Assembly: GCA_964540825.1 (NCBI GenBank)
Contig: CAZINT010000004.1
Span: forward strand, 88,835-152,834
Source: an uncultured Gammaproteobacteria bacterium
Lineage (GTDB): Bacteria; Patescibacteriota; Patescibacteriia; Magasanikbacterales; GWA2-37-8
Reading direction: 5' to 3'
DNA: 64,000 nt
Both the position numbers and the translations under genes were made by a program. Shown here piece after piece: positions 1-10,554 of the stretch (positions are counted from its first letter, which is position 1; each line of letters starts with the position of its first letter). The notes beneath the pieces were generated by a model. The model saw nothing but the letters and a program-made list of their open reading frames with translations. It ran no database searches and had not been told where the DNA came from.

Positions 1-402
1 CATAACTGGTTTTTCGGTGCGAACTGGTTCTGGCTCTTCCATAGCAGCTGTCTTTTCCATCATCGCCACAGCGCCGTTAGCTTCGCCGGAGTAGGCGATC
101 TTCTGGTTGGCCGACAACTCACTCTTAAAATGAGTAATCATGGCACGGAGCACTTCGCGCATGAGGACAAGCTTGTTTTGGAGCGGTTTAACTTGTTCGT
201 TTTCTGCTTCAAAAACAACGGTGTAGAAATAACCGTAGCGAATTTGCTTCACTGGGTAAGCTAAACGGTTTTTACCGAGTACCGTTAATTCAGCTTTTGA
301 GCCAAACTGTTTAACTACTTCAACAATCTCTTGAGATTTCTTTTCAGCCTCTTTTTCGTCCAGAGTACCCGGCAAAATGAGGAGCAACTCGTATTTGTTC
401 AT
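1..402 (-). CDS. rpsF: 30S ribosomal protein S6 (3' end truncated by window start)
   Basis: Reverse-strand translation from ATG at 400-402 reads MNKYELLLILPG...RLAYPVKQIRYGYFYTVVFEA, matching conserved S6 N-terminal region; ORF runs off window at position 1. Confidence 0.7.
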   Translation of the reverse strand, partial: MNKYELLLILPGTLDEKEAEKKSQEIVEVVKQFGSKAELTVLGKNRLAYPVKQIRYGYFYTVVFEAENEQVKPLQNKLVLMREVLRAMITHFKSELSANQKIAYSGEANGAVAMMEKTAAMEEPEPVRTEKPVM

Positions 403-670
403 AACGACTGATTCTAAATAAAGTAAGTAAGGCGTCTCTTTTTTAGCTGGAGCAGAGCCAAAAGAGACAAGCGAAGACATTTGTAGATGGGCGTATCCTA
501 TCAATTTCCCGGGAGAAAGTCAATACACGACGGCAGTGCTTAAAAAATAGCCTATTTTATGCTTAACCAAGCTTTTTTCTGGTTTTACCGAGCCGACACT
601 TCACCCTCCAGCACAAAAGCAGCCAATCAATTAAATTTTACTTCTCTGCTCAGCCAAAATATGCTATAGT

Positions 671-2419
671 ATGTCTATACTCTCTGTTTTTTGTATGCTC
701 ACGCTTACAACCCTTAAGAAAATCATCAAAAAATATGAATTTCCGGTTACTCCGGCAGCGTTGCGCGCTGCTGAAGCTAAGGGCGAAAAGCAAAACAAAA
801 GTTTAGAGGAAATTCTTATTACCGATGGCGTTGTTAATGAAGAAAAATTTTATACCAAAGCGGCTGAATTTTTAAAAGTTCCTTTTATCGGCCTCAAGGG
901 CCGTGAAATTAAAAAAGAAGTTTTAAATCTTATCCCTGGCCCCGTAGCCGGTACGCATCAGGTAGTTGCTTTTGACCGCGATAAAGACGTCCTTAAGGTG
1001 GCCATGGCCGACCCGACCGATATTCAGATTATCGAATTTTTACACCGTAAAGCCGGCCTTACCGTCAAACCGTACCTCACTACCTTTAGCGACCTGAAAG
1101 AAGCTTTGCACCTATACCACACCGAACTCGAAGACGAACTGCGTGTTATTCAAGAAAATGGCGGTGAAGTCGGTAGCAATGATCTTAAAAAATCCGCTGA
1201 GGAACTGCCTGTCGTTAACGTGGTCAACAGCATTCTCGAGCACGCCGTCTACGAAGGGGCATCGGATATTCATATCGAACCCAACGAAAAAGAAATTCCC
1301 GTCCGCTACCGCATTGATGGCATCCTTAAAAATGTCATGACCCTCCCGAAGAACTTGCAAAACGGCGTCATGGCGAGAATTAAAATCCTCGCGAACCTCA
1401 AACTCGATGAACACATGATTCCTCAGGATGGCCGTTTTAAAATTCAAGTTCAAGATGAAAAGCTGGCGTTTCGTGTTTCTATTTTGCCGATTTACGACGG
1501 CGAAAAAGTCGTTATGCGCTTACTCCACGAAGGCACCAAACCGCTTTCGCTTGACCAGCTCGGCTTTCTTGATGAGCAGCGCGCAATTGTCGAGGAGGCA
1601 ATTAAAAAACCGCACGGCATGATCTTGGTAACGGGCCCAACGGGAAGTGGTAAAACGACTACGCTCTATACGGTACTCGGTATTTTAAATCAACCCGGCG
1701 TCAATATTTCAACCGTTGAAGACCCGATCGAATACCGGGTCAATGGCGTTAACCAGAGCCAAGTAAACCCCAAAGTTGGCTTTACGTTTGCAGCGGGCCT
1801 GCGCGCGCTTCTGCGCCAGGACCCAAACATTATTATGGTCGGTGAAATTCGCGACCAAGAAACGGCCGAAATTGCGATTAACGCTGCAATGACTGGCCAC
1901 TTGGTACTCTCGACGCTGCACACAAATGATGCCCCAACTACTTTGCCGCGCCTCATTGATATGGGCATTCCGCCGTTTCTGGTTGCTTACACAGCGAATA
2001 TTATTATTGCTCAGCGTTTGGTGCGTAAAATCTGCACGTTTTGCCGGAAGGAATACCATTTGGAAAAAGAGACCATTACAGAACTCGGCCGCATGTTTGA
2101 TCTCAAGAAAGTTTTCCCCCTCCTCAGTAAGCACGCCAAACTGAGCGCCGCCGAAAAGCATCTAGAAAAAATGACCTTTTACCAGGGTGCGGGCTGCAGG
2201 CGCTGCGGGGACACGGGGTATAAAGGCCGTATGGGTATTTATGAAATTCTTGAAGTCACCGAAGAACTAAGTAAAAAAATTACTGAAAACGCTGATGCCA
2301 ACCAAATTAAAGAATTTGCCAAAAAAACCGGAATGCTGACCATGCTTGAAGATGGACTCATTAAAGCTAAAATGGGCAGCACAACTATTAGTGAAATTTT
2401 ACGTGTAACTAAAGAATAA
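671..2419 (+). CDS. pilB: Type IV pilus assembly ATPase PilB (GspE family)
   Basis: N-terminal GSPII_E_N-like region, Walker A GPTGSGKTTT, Asp/His boxes, C-terminal tetracysteine CxxC...CxxC motif; alternative start at 695. Confidence 0.9.
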   Translation: MSILSVFCMLTLTTLKKIIKKYEFPVTPAALRAAEAKGEKQNKSLEEILITDGVVNEEKFYTKAAEFLKVPFIGLKGREIKKEVLNLIPGPVAGTHQVVAFDRDKDVLKVAMADPTDIQIIEFLHRKAGLTVKPYLTTFSDLKEALHLYHTELEDELRVIQENGGEVGSNDLKKSAEELPVVNVVNSILEHAVYEGASDIHIEPNEKEIPVRYRIDGILKNVMTLPKNLQNGVMARIKILANLKLDEHMIPQDGRFKIQVQDEKLAFRVSILPIYDGEKVVMRLLHEGTKPLSLDQLGFLDEQRAIVEEAIKKPHGMILVTGPTGSGKTTTLYTVLGILNQPGVNISTVEDPIEYRVNGVNQSQVNPKVGFTFAAGLRALLRQDPNIIMVGEIRDQETAEIAINAAMTGHLVLSTLHTNDAPTTLPRLIDMGIPPFLVAYTANIIIAQRLVRKICTFCRKEYHLEKETITELGRMFDLKKVFPLLSKHAKLSAAEKHLEKMTFYQGAGCRRCGDTGYKGRMGIYEILEVTEELSKKITENADANQIKEFAKKTGMLTMLEDGLIKAKMGSTTISEILRVTKE

Positions 2420-2443
2420 CCAAAAAAAGTTACTTAAAAATTT

Positions 2444-3559
2444 ATGGCTCCCACAAAGGAGAAGGAGAAAAAACTATCGCCGTTTGAACAAAAAATGAAC
2501 GACTTTTTAGATCGTCATCTGCTTCATGTTTCTGTGATGCAGAAAATTTTGTTCGTCCACAATTTGGAAATCATGATCAAAGCCGGCCTCTCCATCGTGG
2601 CAGCGCTCAAAATTTTAGCAAGTCAGGTTGATAGCAAAGGACTTCAAAAAATTGTGATCGATATTGGACTGCAGGTTGAGAAAGGCAGACAGCTGAGCGA
2701 AGTACTTAGCGAGTACCCCAAAGTGTTTCCGCCAATTTATGTCAGCATGATCGCTTCCGGCGAGGCTTCGGGCAAAATGGAAGAAGCGCTGGAACAAGTT
2801 ACCACCCAAATGAAAAAAAGTTATGAGCTTACAAGCCGCATTAAAGGCGCGCTTATCTACCCGGCGGTTGTGTTTACCGCCATGGTCGGGATTGGTGTAG
2901 AAATGGTGGTCTTCGTATTGCCCAAAATCATTGTCATGTTCGAAGACTCTAATTCTAAACTGCCCCTCCCCACTCGCATCATGGTCGCACTGGTTACTTT
3001 TATGCAACAAAACGGACTCTACCTCGCGATTGGCCTGGTTCTTTTTGTCATACTGTGCGCCTGGCTTATTCGTATTCCTCCGATTAAAAAACTAGTTCAC
3101 CGCATGAATTTGCACCTGCCTATCGCTGGTAAAATTATTAAAAAAATCAATTTAGCCCGCTTTACGCTTACGCTCTCCTCACTTCTTCAGAGTAGCCTGC
3201 CTATTATTGATTCCATGAAAATTACCGCACTGGTCGAGGGCAATGTTATTTACCGCGCGGCACTGCTCAACGCGGCAGAGCGGCTCAAAAAAGGCCAGAC
3301 CTTATCTGAAATTTTGCTTGATGACCCAAAACTTTTTCCACCAATGGTAACGGGCATGCTGAACGTTGGCGAAGAATCAGGTCAGGTGGAAAAAATGCTG
3401 AGAGAATTAGCTGATTACTACGGCAACGAAGTTGATGTAACCATGAAAAATTTTGCCACCATCATTGAACCAGTTATTATTCTAGTTATGGGTCTCGGGG
3501 TTGCGGGCATGGCCGTATCCGTAATTATGCCGATGTATAGTCTTGCCCAAGGATTCTAA
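2444..3559 (+). CDS. pilC: Type IV pilus platform protein PilC (GspF family)
   Basis: Two T2SS-F repeats, polytopic membrane protein, immediately downstream of pilB. Confidence 0.88.
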   Translation: MAPTKEKEKKLSPFEQKMNDFLDRHLLHVSVMQKILFVHNLEIMIKAGLSIVAALKILASQVDSKGLQKIVIDIGLQVEKGRQLSEVLSEYPKVFPPIYVSMIASGEASGKMEEALEQVTTQMKKSYELTSRIKGALIYPAVVFTAMVGIGVEMVVFVLPKIIVMFEDSNSKLPLPTRIMVALVTFMQQNGLYLAIGLVLFVILCAWLIRIPPIKKLVHRMNLHLPIAGKIIKKINLARFTLTLSSLLQSSLPIIDSMKITALVEGNVIYRAALLNAAERLKKGQTLSEILLDDPKLFPPMVTGMLNVGEESGQVEKMLRELADYYGNEVDVTMKNFATIIEPVIILVMGLGVAGMAVSVIMPMYSLAQGF

Positions 3560-3572
3560 TTTTCGCCGTACA

Positions 3573-4673
3573 ATGTTTTTACACAATCCGATCACAGGTG
3601 CTTTTGGCCTCGATATTGGGGACAGGTCAATCAAACTTGTACAACTGAGCAAACATTTGGTACCGCTTCGGCACGGTTCTTTTGCTATTAAAGAAATTCG
3701 CGAACTGAGCTTGCCTCCCGGATATATTGTTGAAGGCGAAATTCAACAGCCCGAAATGGTGCGCAAAAAATTAAGCTTACTTCTTGGTAAAGAAGGCAGT
3801 TTTCCGGACATTGGCAGCCCTTGGGTTGTGGCTGATTTGCCTGAGCCAAAAACATTTCTAAAACTTATTGAGTTGTCTGTTCCGCCAGCTGAAATAACGA
3901 CGGAAGATGTTTTATTCCAAGCCAAAAAGCATTTGCCCTTCGAGGCTGAGGATACGTACTTTGATTGGCAAGTGGTACACCAGGGCGGGAGGGGTGAACG
4001 AACTAAAGTACTCCTTGGCGCGGTCCAAAAGACTATTGCTGACTCATACACCTATTTACTTGAGAGTCTGCGGCTCAAGCCCTTAGCACTTGAAATTCAG
4101 GCTATTGCCCTCTGCCGATCCATGATCACCGGCACCAAAGATTATGATGGTGAAGCCAGGGCAATTATTGATCTCGGCGCTACGCGCTCAAGCCTTATTG
4201 TGTACGACCAAGATACGCCGCAATTTAGCACCAGCCTTACCTTTTCCAGCGAACTTGTCAGAGATACTATCGCCAAAGGTTTAGGAATTGACCCGGAAGC
4301 TGCCGAAAAACTAAAAAATGAAGTCGGGTTTACCTACGATAAAACTAATCCCAAGTACTTAAAAATTGTTTCAGCGCTTTCAGCAAAGCTGATTGATGAA
4401 ATTAGACAAGGACTCGAATTTTATGCCGATCATTTTGAAAACGCTGATCCAGTTACCCACATTACGCTTTGCGGCGGCCTGGCGCGATTAAAAAATTTAG
4501 AAGCATTATTATCTAAAGAATTCAAGATTGCTGCCGCGCTCGGTCACCCTTGGAAAAATATTTTTAATGCTCCGGTTGAACGGTATGATAACGATGACGG
4601 GCTTACTTTTGCAACCGCTATCGGGCTCGGACTGCGCGCTGCGCGCAACCCGCTTGAGGAATATCGCTTATGA
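3573..4673 (+). CDS. pilM: Type IV pilus assembly protein PilM (actin-like ATPase fold)
   Basis: FGLDIGDRSIKLV N-terminal actin-like motif; start moved to internal Met (3573) just after pilC stop; longest ORF begins 3543. Confidence 0.8.
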   Translation: MFLHNPITGAFGLDIGDRSIKLVQLSKHLVPLRHGSFAIKEIRELSLPPGYIVEGEIQQPEMVRKKLSLLLGKEGSFPDIGSPWVVADLPEPKTFLKLIELSVPPAEITTEDVLFQAKKHLPFEAEDTYFDWQVVHQGGRGERTKVLLGAVQKTIADSYTYLLESLRLKPLALEIQAIALCRSMITGTKDYDGEARAIIDLGATRSSLIVYDQDTPQFSTSLTFSSELVRDTIAKGLGIDPEAAEKLKNEVGFTYDKTNPKYLKIVSALSAKLIDEIRQGLEFYADHFENADPVTHITLCGGLARLKNLEALLSKEFKIAAALGHPWKNIFNAPVERYDNDDGLTFATAIGLGLRAARNPLEEYRL

Positions 4674-5254
4674 ATATCCTTCACCTAAATCTGGTATCAG
4701 TCGAGAAAAGAAATAAACTCGAAAAGCTTATTAAATTTTTATTTACCAAAAACATCTTAGAATTAGTAATGCTTTTTTGTATTCTCATCGCTTTAACTCT
4801 GCTCTGGACATCGCTCACACTTACCGGCGAATTTACCGCTGCGACCCCAGGAGCAAACCAGCGCAGTTCAGAATACAGCGTTTACAGTCAAGACGCAGCC
4901 ACTATTAATACAGCTGTTCGCAATATAAATCTGGCCAGTATGGGCGCGGTAAGTACTACACCCAAGCTGATCGCACTCATCGAACAAATTCCTGGCGATA
5001 TTAAGCTAAGCAGCCTCAATTTTGATCGCAAGGCAAATACGCTGACACTCTCGGGAACTGCTCGAACCCGTGACGCACTGCTTAACTTACAGGAAATCCT
5101 TAAAAAAATCTCTTGGATCGAAAAAAGTTCAGCGCCGCTCTCGCAACTATTCACCGCCTCCGATGTCTCCTTCGAAATTAAATCGACCTTACAGAGTTTT
5201 CCGCCACTTCGCCCTGACGCAGCAGCCGCGGCACCACGGGCTTCCACCGAGTAA
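4670..5254 (+). CDS. pilN: PilN-like bitopic membrane protein
   Basis: ATGA overlap with pilM stop, single N-terminal TM helix then periplasmic domain; position in pilMNO order. Confidence 0.55.
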   Translation: MNILHLNLVSVEKRNKLEKLIKFLFTKNILELVMLFCILIALTLLWTSLTLTGEFTAATPGANQRSSEYSVYSQDAATINTAVRNINLASMGAVSTTPKLIALIEQIPGDIKLSSLNFDRKANTLTLSGTARTRDALLNLQEILKKISWIEKSSAPLSQLFTASDVSFEIKSTLQSFPPLRPDAAAAAPRASTE

Positions 5255-5263
5255 TAAATTTCT

Positions 5264-5806
5264 ATGAAAATTGGCTTGGAAAGAAAAATTTTTATAACTT
5301 TAATACTTTTTGCTCTTGGCATTCTTGTAATTATTATTGCGATTATTATTCCTTCGGCACGAATGCTCCTTACCCTTCGCGATCGCGGAGCGGCAGCGAG
5401 ATTAGACCTTGAACAGCACCATACCGAACCTGTAAACGTCCGCAGTTTAATTCAAGATATCAAAACGCTCCGGATAACTACTAGCCAATACCCTAGCCAC
5501 CTTTTTAAAGCGGGCGACGAATTAAAGCTGATTACTGCGCTTGAGAAAGTTGCCGCTCAAACGGCTGTAAATCAAAAAATTGAGAATTCCAACTTCGACG
5601 CCATCACCAATCAAAAAGCCAGCGTGTCTTTAGCGGTGACCGGTCATTACCAAAATGTACTTCATTATCTAGAATCCGTCGAAAATCTGCCTTATTTTAT
5701 CATTCCGGAACAAATTACTTTTTCACCCCGCGAAGCCGGAGATGCCGCGTCAAAGGATACCGAGGTTTCATTACATTTGGTTTTATCAGTGTATGTTAAC
5801 CCTTAA
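5264..5806 (+). CDS. pilO: PilO-like bitopic membrane protein
   Basis: N-terminal TM helix (ITLILFALGILVIIIAIII), coiled region; gene order after pilN. Confidence 0.5.
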   Translation: MKIGLERKIFITLILFALGILVIIIAIIIPSARMLLTLRDRGAAARLDLEQHHTEPVNVRSLIQDIKTLRITTSQYPSHLFKAGDELKLITALEKVAAQTAVNQKIENSNFDAITNQKASVSLAVTGHYQNVLHYLESVENLPYFIIPEQITFSPREAGDAASKDTEVSLHLVLSVYVNP

Positions 5807-6146
5807 CAAAAATCATCGTCCCGCGAAGTCCCCCTATACAGCCTGGCGAATAGCTAGTATCTTAGTCGTGCTCGCCATGACTCTTGTTACAGTAATTTGT
5901 TTTTACTTTACCTACCGGTTAGCCTTTGGTATCATTGACGATCAAAGCATTATTGCGCAGCTTCAGGCTGAACCGAACATCACTCCCCTTGATACCGTCG
6001 GAGCAGCTAAAGCGTCGGCGGCACTTACAATCAAAGAACAGCCGCCGCTCTATCCCCCTCTCGTTCGCAATATTTTTGTTTATACCAGCTCTAGCCCTTC
6101 TTCGTATGTTCCGCTCCCCGAGTCACTCCCAACCCCACGGCCTTAA
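5793..6146 (+). CDS. Small membrane-anchored protein (PilP-like position), overlaps pilO stop by 14 nt
   Basis: ATG at 5793 gives MLTLNKNH...ILVVLAMTLVTVICFYF TM helix; longer ORF from 5742 would overlap pilO extensively. Confidence 0.35.
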   Translation: MLTLNKNHRPAKSPYTAWRIASILVVLAMTLVTVICFYFTYRLAFGIIDDQSIIAQLQAEPNITPLDTVGAAKASAALTIKEQPPLYPPLVRNIFVYTSSSPSSYVPLPESLPTPRP

Positions 6147-7326
6147 ACGCTGGTGGTTTATTGCCGGACGTACCCCGCTTGTTTCTTTTGCTGAAATTAA
6201 AACTTTATTTAAAAACGGTTCTCATGAAATTACCGGCCCGCTTATTCGCACTACCTGGAGCGAAATTCCTGGCGCTACCCCGGCTGAAGCGATTAAACGT
6301 CTGGGCGGCACGGTTAAATTAGGCGAGGAACTTACGCTCAACGTTTTAGAAAACGATCTTCAAGCAGCAATGCTCACCGAGCTGGAGCGACTTGAAGGTA
6401 AAATCGAATTTGGCATCAGTCTTTACACCGGAGTCGATACTGTACGTCTTGGAACACTCGAGCAGCTTGAACGCTGGGGTAAAGCCTTAAAACAAAAACT
6501 TAAAAAAACTGGAATATCAGTCCGCTACGTTGAAAGCCGAGAACCAGTGCTTTCATCGGTAAGCGTTGAAAAAAACGGTCTTACTAAACGAGGCTTAGAA
6601 TTTTTAGTTTACGAGGAATCGGACGGTTCTTTTTCGCTTGCAAAAACTTTGGCCGTACAGCCATTTGAAGCATTAGGTGCCCGTGATTTTGGCCGCCCCG
6701 GACGCGACGACACGAGCGGCATGCTCCCCCCAAAACTCGCTCTCATGCTGCTTAACTTAACCGGCGCCGAGAAAGACCAAACAGTACTTGATCCATTTTG
6801 CGGATCGGGGACTATAGTGACCGAAGCGATGCTTGTAGGGTTTAAAAAAATTATTGGCGCAGACTTATCTGACAAAGCGGTTGAGGATACCAAAAAAAAC
6901 GTTGCCTGGCAGCAGACTCAAAATTTTTCCTCCTCAGAAGTAAAAATTTTTCAAAGTGATGCGGCTGAACTTGACGGCAAACTTCCCTCCGAATCGATTG
7001 ACGCCATCGCCACCGAACCGTATTTAGGCAAACCACTGCGCGGCGGCGAGACCAAAGCCATGCTTGACACCCAAGTCAAAGACCTTAAACAAATCTACCT
7101 CGCCGCTTTTAAAGCTTTTAGTAAAATTCTTAAACCCGGGGCGGCTGTGGTATTTATTATTCCTTGTTTTAAATACCAAAATACTTGGCTTCGTATCGAC
7201 TGCGCAAAAGAAATAAAAAAATATGGTTTTATTCCATCCCCACTCCTTTCTGACAGCGACTTTGTCTTATATGCCCGGCCCAACCAGCGGGTGGGACGAG
7301 AAATTTGGCGCTTCAAAAAGAATTAG
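6106..7326 (+). CDS. SAM-dependent methyltransferase, UPF0020/THUMP-associated RNA methylase-like
   Basis: Motif I LDPFCGSGTIVTEAMLVG and motif IV-like ATEPYLG; start uncertain (ORF opens at 5926; 6106 avoids overlap with upstream gene). Confidence 0.6.
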   Translation: MFRSPSHSQPHGLKRWWFIAGRTPLVSFAEIKTLFKNGSHEITGPLIRTTWSEIPGATPAEAIKRLGGTVKLGEELTLNVLENDLQAAMLTELERLEGKIEFGISLYTGVDTVRLGTLEQLERWGKALKQKLKKTGISVRYVESREPVLSSVSVEKNGLTKRGLEFLVYEESDGSFSLAKTLAVQPFEALGARDFGRPGRDDTSGMLPPKLALMLLNLTGAEKDQTVLDPFCGSGTIVTEAMLVGFKKIIGADLSDKAVEDTKKNVAWQQTQNFSSSEVKIFQSDAAELDGKLPSESIDAIATEPYLGKPLRGGETKAMLDTQVKDLKQIYLAAFKAFSKILKPGAAVVFIIPCFKYQNTWLRIDCAKEIKKYGFIPSPLLSDSDFVLYARPNQRVGREIWRFKKN

Positions 7327-7375
7327 TATTTTTACTTAGACCTCCCCCTCCTGCTGCCGAGCACGAAACGACTTT

Positions 7376-9133
7376 ATGCCTACACTTATTGAAATAAAAA
7401 ACTTGTCTAAGTCCTACTTCCAGCAACCCCTTTTTTCAGCTGCGTCGCTTGCTGTCAATACCGAACAAAAAATTGGCGTTATTGGTCGCAACGGGGCAGG
7501 AAAATCAACTTTATTTAAAATACTTCTCGGTGAAGAGCAGCCTGACAGCGGTTCGGTCATCATCCATGACCGAACACGCCTCGGCTACATTGAACAACAC
7601 GATGTTATTGATACCACCGAAACGGTGATTGCTTATCTAGAAAAAACAACTCATCAACCCGTCTGGGAGTGCGCCAAAGTGGCCGCAACATTTGATTTTA
7701 CCCCGGCGATGCTTGAGCTGCCGATCCAAACCTTTTCAGGCGGTTACCAGATGCGCATTAAACTTATTGCCCTGCTCCTCAAAGACCCCAATCTCTTTTT
7801 GCTCGACGAACCGACGAATTATCTCGACGTACAAACTCAACTCCTCTTGGAACAAGCGCTGGTTTCATATTCTGGTGCTTTTTTAATCATTTCGCACGAC
7901 CGAGAATTTTTGGAACGCACGTGCGACATGACACTTGAAGTTGAACATGAAAAATTGTTTTTGTACCCCGGGGATGTTGCCGCGTACTTTGACTATAAAC
8001 GCGAGCAGCTCATCATGAAAGAAGCCTACAACAAAAAAATCGATCGCGAACAAAAACATTTACAAAATTTTGTCGATCGTTTTCGCTATAAAGCCAGTAA
8101 AGCGAGCCAGGCACAATCAAAGCTGAAAGCCCTGACCAAATTAAAAAAACTCGATATAGCCGACCCACTGGCACGCGTCAGAATTACTATCCCCGGGATT
8201 GAAGCCAAAAAGGGGGTCGCATTTTCTTGCAATAAACTCAGTATTGGCTATGGTGAAAAAATTGTAGCCAGTAACGCAACGTTTGATATTGACCGAGGCG
8301 CTAAAGTTGCCATTGTAGGCGCCAACGGCCAGGGTAAAACCACTTTTCTTAAGACATTAGTTAACGAACTTCCGGCTCTTAGCGGAACGTTCCGTTGGGG
8401 GCACGGAACGACCAGCGCTTACTATGCCCAGCATGTTGCGAGCCGCTTACCAAACAACGAACTAGTCTGGGATTATTTGCGCACGCACGCCGACAGCACA
8501 CTTCCCGATGAAATGGTTTTGCAAATGGCCGGAAATTTTTTGTTCAGAGAAGCAGCACTCCAAAAAAAGATTGGTGTTCTGAGCGGTGGCGAAAAGGCCC
8601 GTTTGTGCCTGGCCAGCTTATTGCTTACCAAAAGTAATGTGCTTATTTTGGACGAACCAACTAATCATCTTGATTTTGAAACTGTCGAAGCACTTGCTGC
8701 AGCGCTCGCGGATTATGCGGGAACAATTTTTTTCATTAGTCACAACCGCACGTTCGTGAATTCGTTAGCTACACTACTTGTTGAGGTTAAAGATGGCGTG
8801 GTTAGGCGCTACCCAGACTCGTACGAAAATTATATTTATTCATTAGGAACTGATGCGGCGGAAACCCAAACTACACCAAAAACTAGCAAAGACACACCAG
8901 ACAAAGAAGCGGCGAAACAAAAACACGAAGCAATGAAGTTTCTTAAAAAAAGAAGTCAGTCGCTGGAAAAAGAAATGCAGCGGCTAACCAGCGAGCGTGA
9001 CCGCTTACTGGCACGCCAGGCAAAACGGCCTGAAAAGTTTTTAGCTGCTGACTACGAACTCCTCAGCAAAATTATTCACGAACTTGAGTCAACTGAAGAG
9101 GAATGGTTACAAATAGCTGAAAAACAAAATTAA
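7376..9133 (+). CDS. ABC-F family ATPase (tandem ABC domains, EttA/Uup-like translation factor)
   Basis: Two Walker A (GRNGAGKST, GANGQGKTT), two signature motifs (LSGGYQMR, LSGGEKAR), inter-domain linker, charged C-terminal coiled tail. Confidence 0.9.
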   Translation: MPTLIEIKNLSKSYFQQPLFSAASLAVNTEQKIGVIGRNGAGKSTLFKILLGEEQPDSGSVIIHDRTRLGYIEQHDVIDTTETVIAYLEKTTHQPVWECAKVAATFDFTPAMLELPIQTFSGGYQMRIKLIALLLKDPNLFLLDEPTNYLDVQTQLLLEQALVSYSGAFLIISHDREFLERTCDMTLEVEHEKLFLYPGDVAAYFDYKREQLIMKEAYNKKIDREQKHLQNFVDRFRYKASKASQAQSKLKALTKLKKLDIADPLARVRITIPGIEAKKGVAFSCNKLSIGYGEKIVASNATFDIDRGAKVAIVGANGQGKTTFLKTLVNELPALSGTFRWGHGTTSAYYAQHVASRLPNNELVWDYLRTHADSTLPDEMVLQMAGNFLFREAALQKKIGVLSGGEKARLCLASLLLTKSNVLILDEPTNHLDFETVEALAAALADYAGTIFFISHNRTFVNSLATLLVEVKDGVVRRYPDSYENYIYSLGTDAAETQTTPKTSKDTPDKEAAKQKHEAMKFLKKRSQSLEKEMQRLTSERDRLLARQAKRPEKFLAADYELLSKIIHELESTEEEWLQIAEKQN

Positions 9134-9134
9134 A

Positions 9135-9163
9135 AAACCGCTCTATTCAAGAGCGGTTTTTTT
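9135..9163. terminator. Bidirectional rho-independent terminator between convergent ABC-F gene and ychF
   Basis: AAAAACCGCTCT-attcaa-GAGCGGTTTTTTT perfect hairpin with flanking A/T tracts. Confidence 0.7.
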
Positions 9164-10234
9164 CTAGGTCGCGATGTGAAAATAACAAACGTCACCATCC
9201 TTTACCACATATTCTTTTCCTTCGAGCCGAAGCTTGCCGCTTTCTTTTAATTTTCCCCAACCGCCGAGGGTAACAAAATCTTCCCATCCAACCACATCGG
9301 CTTTAATAAAGCCCTTAATAAAATCGGTATGAATAACGCCGGCTGCATAGGGTGCTTTAGTCCCCGTATTCACCGTCCAGGCGCGCGTTTCGGGTTCGCC
9401 CGAAGTGAAGTAGGTAATTAAATTTAAAAGCTGGTAACCTGCCGTAATCAATTTATCTAAACCTGTTTTTTCAATTCCAAGACTATGTAAATATTCTTTT
9501 CCTTCTTCAGGCGAAAGATCGGCAAGTTCCGCCTCCATTCGAGCGCACACTTCAATTTGAGCCACTCCCGGTTCTACTTGAGTTGCAGCACTGCCGCTTT
9601 CGGCCACATTCACCACATACATCATCGGCTTCATGGTGATAAGCTGCAACGTCTTTAGCAGCACACGCTCATCATCAGTATACTCAAGCATACGCGCAGC
9701 TTTATTTTGCTGGAGCTGGTCGTAGACTTTTTGCAAAAGATCAATTTCTGGTTGTAATTCTTTTAGCGCCGTACCTTTGGCACTTTTTTTAGTCGTTTCA
9801 AGCCGCTTGCCCACCACCTGCAGGTCAGCCAAAACAAGTTCCGTATTAATAATCTCAGCGTCTTCAAGCGGATTCACCCGGTTGTGTACGTGGGTGATAT
9901 TATTATCTTCAAAATTACGTACGACATGAGCAATAGCATCAACTTCTCGAATATGTGACAAAAATTTATTACCCAAGCCTTCGCCTTCGCTGGCACCTTT
10001 AACCAAACCAGCAATATCCACAAATTCAATTGTAGTTGGAATTATTTTTTTGGACTGCGAAACGTCGCTTAGCTTTTGCAGGCGAACATCGGGAACTTCA
10101 ACCACCCCAACGTTTGGGTCGATGGTGCAGAAAGGATAATTTTGGACATTGGCCTGTTTCGTCCGGGTCAGAGCATTAAAAAGCGTCGATTTACCCACAT
10201 TAGGCAACCCGACAATACCAATAGAAAACGACAT
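9164..10234 (-). CDS. ychF: Ribosome-binding ATPase YchF (Obg-family GTPase with TGS domain)
   Basis: [24 protein letters not shown]1 motif, C-terminal TGS-type domain. Confidence 0.9.
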   Translation of the reverse strand: MSFSIGIVGLPNVGKSTLFNALTRTKQANVQNYPFCTIDPNVGVVEVPDVRLQKLSDVSQSKKIIPTTIEFVDIAGLVKGASEGEGLGNKFLSHIREVDAIAHVVRNFEDNNITHVHNRVNPLEDAEIINTELVLADLQVVGKRLETTKKSAKGTALKELQPEIDLLQKVYDQLQQNKAARMLEYTDDERVLLKTLQLITMKPMMYVVNVAESGSAATQVEPGVAQIEVCARMEAELADLSPEEGKEYLHSLGIEKTGLDKLITAGYQLLNLITYFTSGEPETRAWTVNTGTKAPYAAGVIHTDFIKGFIKADVVGWEDFVTLGGWGKLKESGKLRLEGKEYVVKDGDVCYFHIAT

Positions 10235-10349
10235 AGATTCCGAATAAAAGACTAATTAATCTTCCACACTATACCTAAGTACCCCAAATATCGCAAGGGA
10301 AACCATTGACTTCTCTTTCTGGGGTGCTATACTAACGACGTTAAATTTC

Positions 10350-10423
10350 GGGCCTTTAGCTCAGCTGGCTAGAGCGCTTCCATGGCATGGAAGAGGTCAA
10401 GGGTTCAAGTCCCTTAAGGTCCA
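10350..10423 (+). tRNA. tRNA-Ala (anticodon GGC)
   Basis: Cloverleaf folds by hand: acceptor GGGCCTT/AAGGTCC with G3:U70 alanine identity pair, D stem GCTC/GAGC, anticodon loop aTGGCat, T loop TTCAAGT; CCA not encoded. Confidence 0.85.
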
Positions 10424-10425
10424 CA
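10382..10425 (+). repeat. attL: 44-nt 3' half of tRNA-Ala (direct repeat copy 1)
   Basis: atggcatggaagaggtcaagggttcaagtcccttaaggtccaca identical to 19266-19309. Confidence 0.85.
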
Positions 10426-10554
10426 CTTTCGGCTTACGTTAGCCACTCTGTAGAATAAACTTCAAAAATACATTCAGCCCCCGACCCCTTTCGTCCAAAA
10501 TGCGGTCGTCGGCTCATGATACTGCAAGCAGATTTTTGCAGTATTTTTTGTTCT

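Noticed and set aside
1112-2161. Several 60-150-aa ORFs on both strands inside pilB (for example 1112-1453 minus, 1709-2161 minus)
   Set aside because: They are fully nested in a well-supported conserved gene, lack RBSs, and their translations are low-complexity; treated as spurious antisense ORFs
5742-6146. Long form of the small post-pilO ORF (start 5742) and N-terminal extension of the methyltransferase (start 5926)
   Set aside because: Both extended forms create extensive out-of-frame overlaps with neighbouring well-supported genes; internal starts 5793 and 6106 give compact non-overlapping genes
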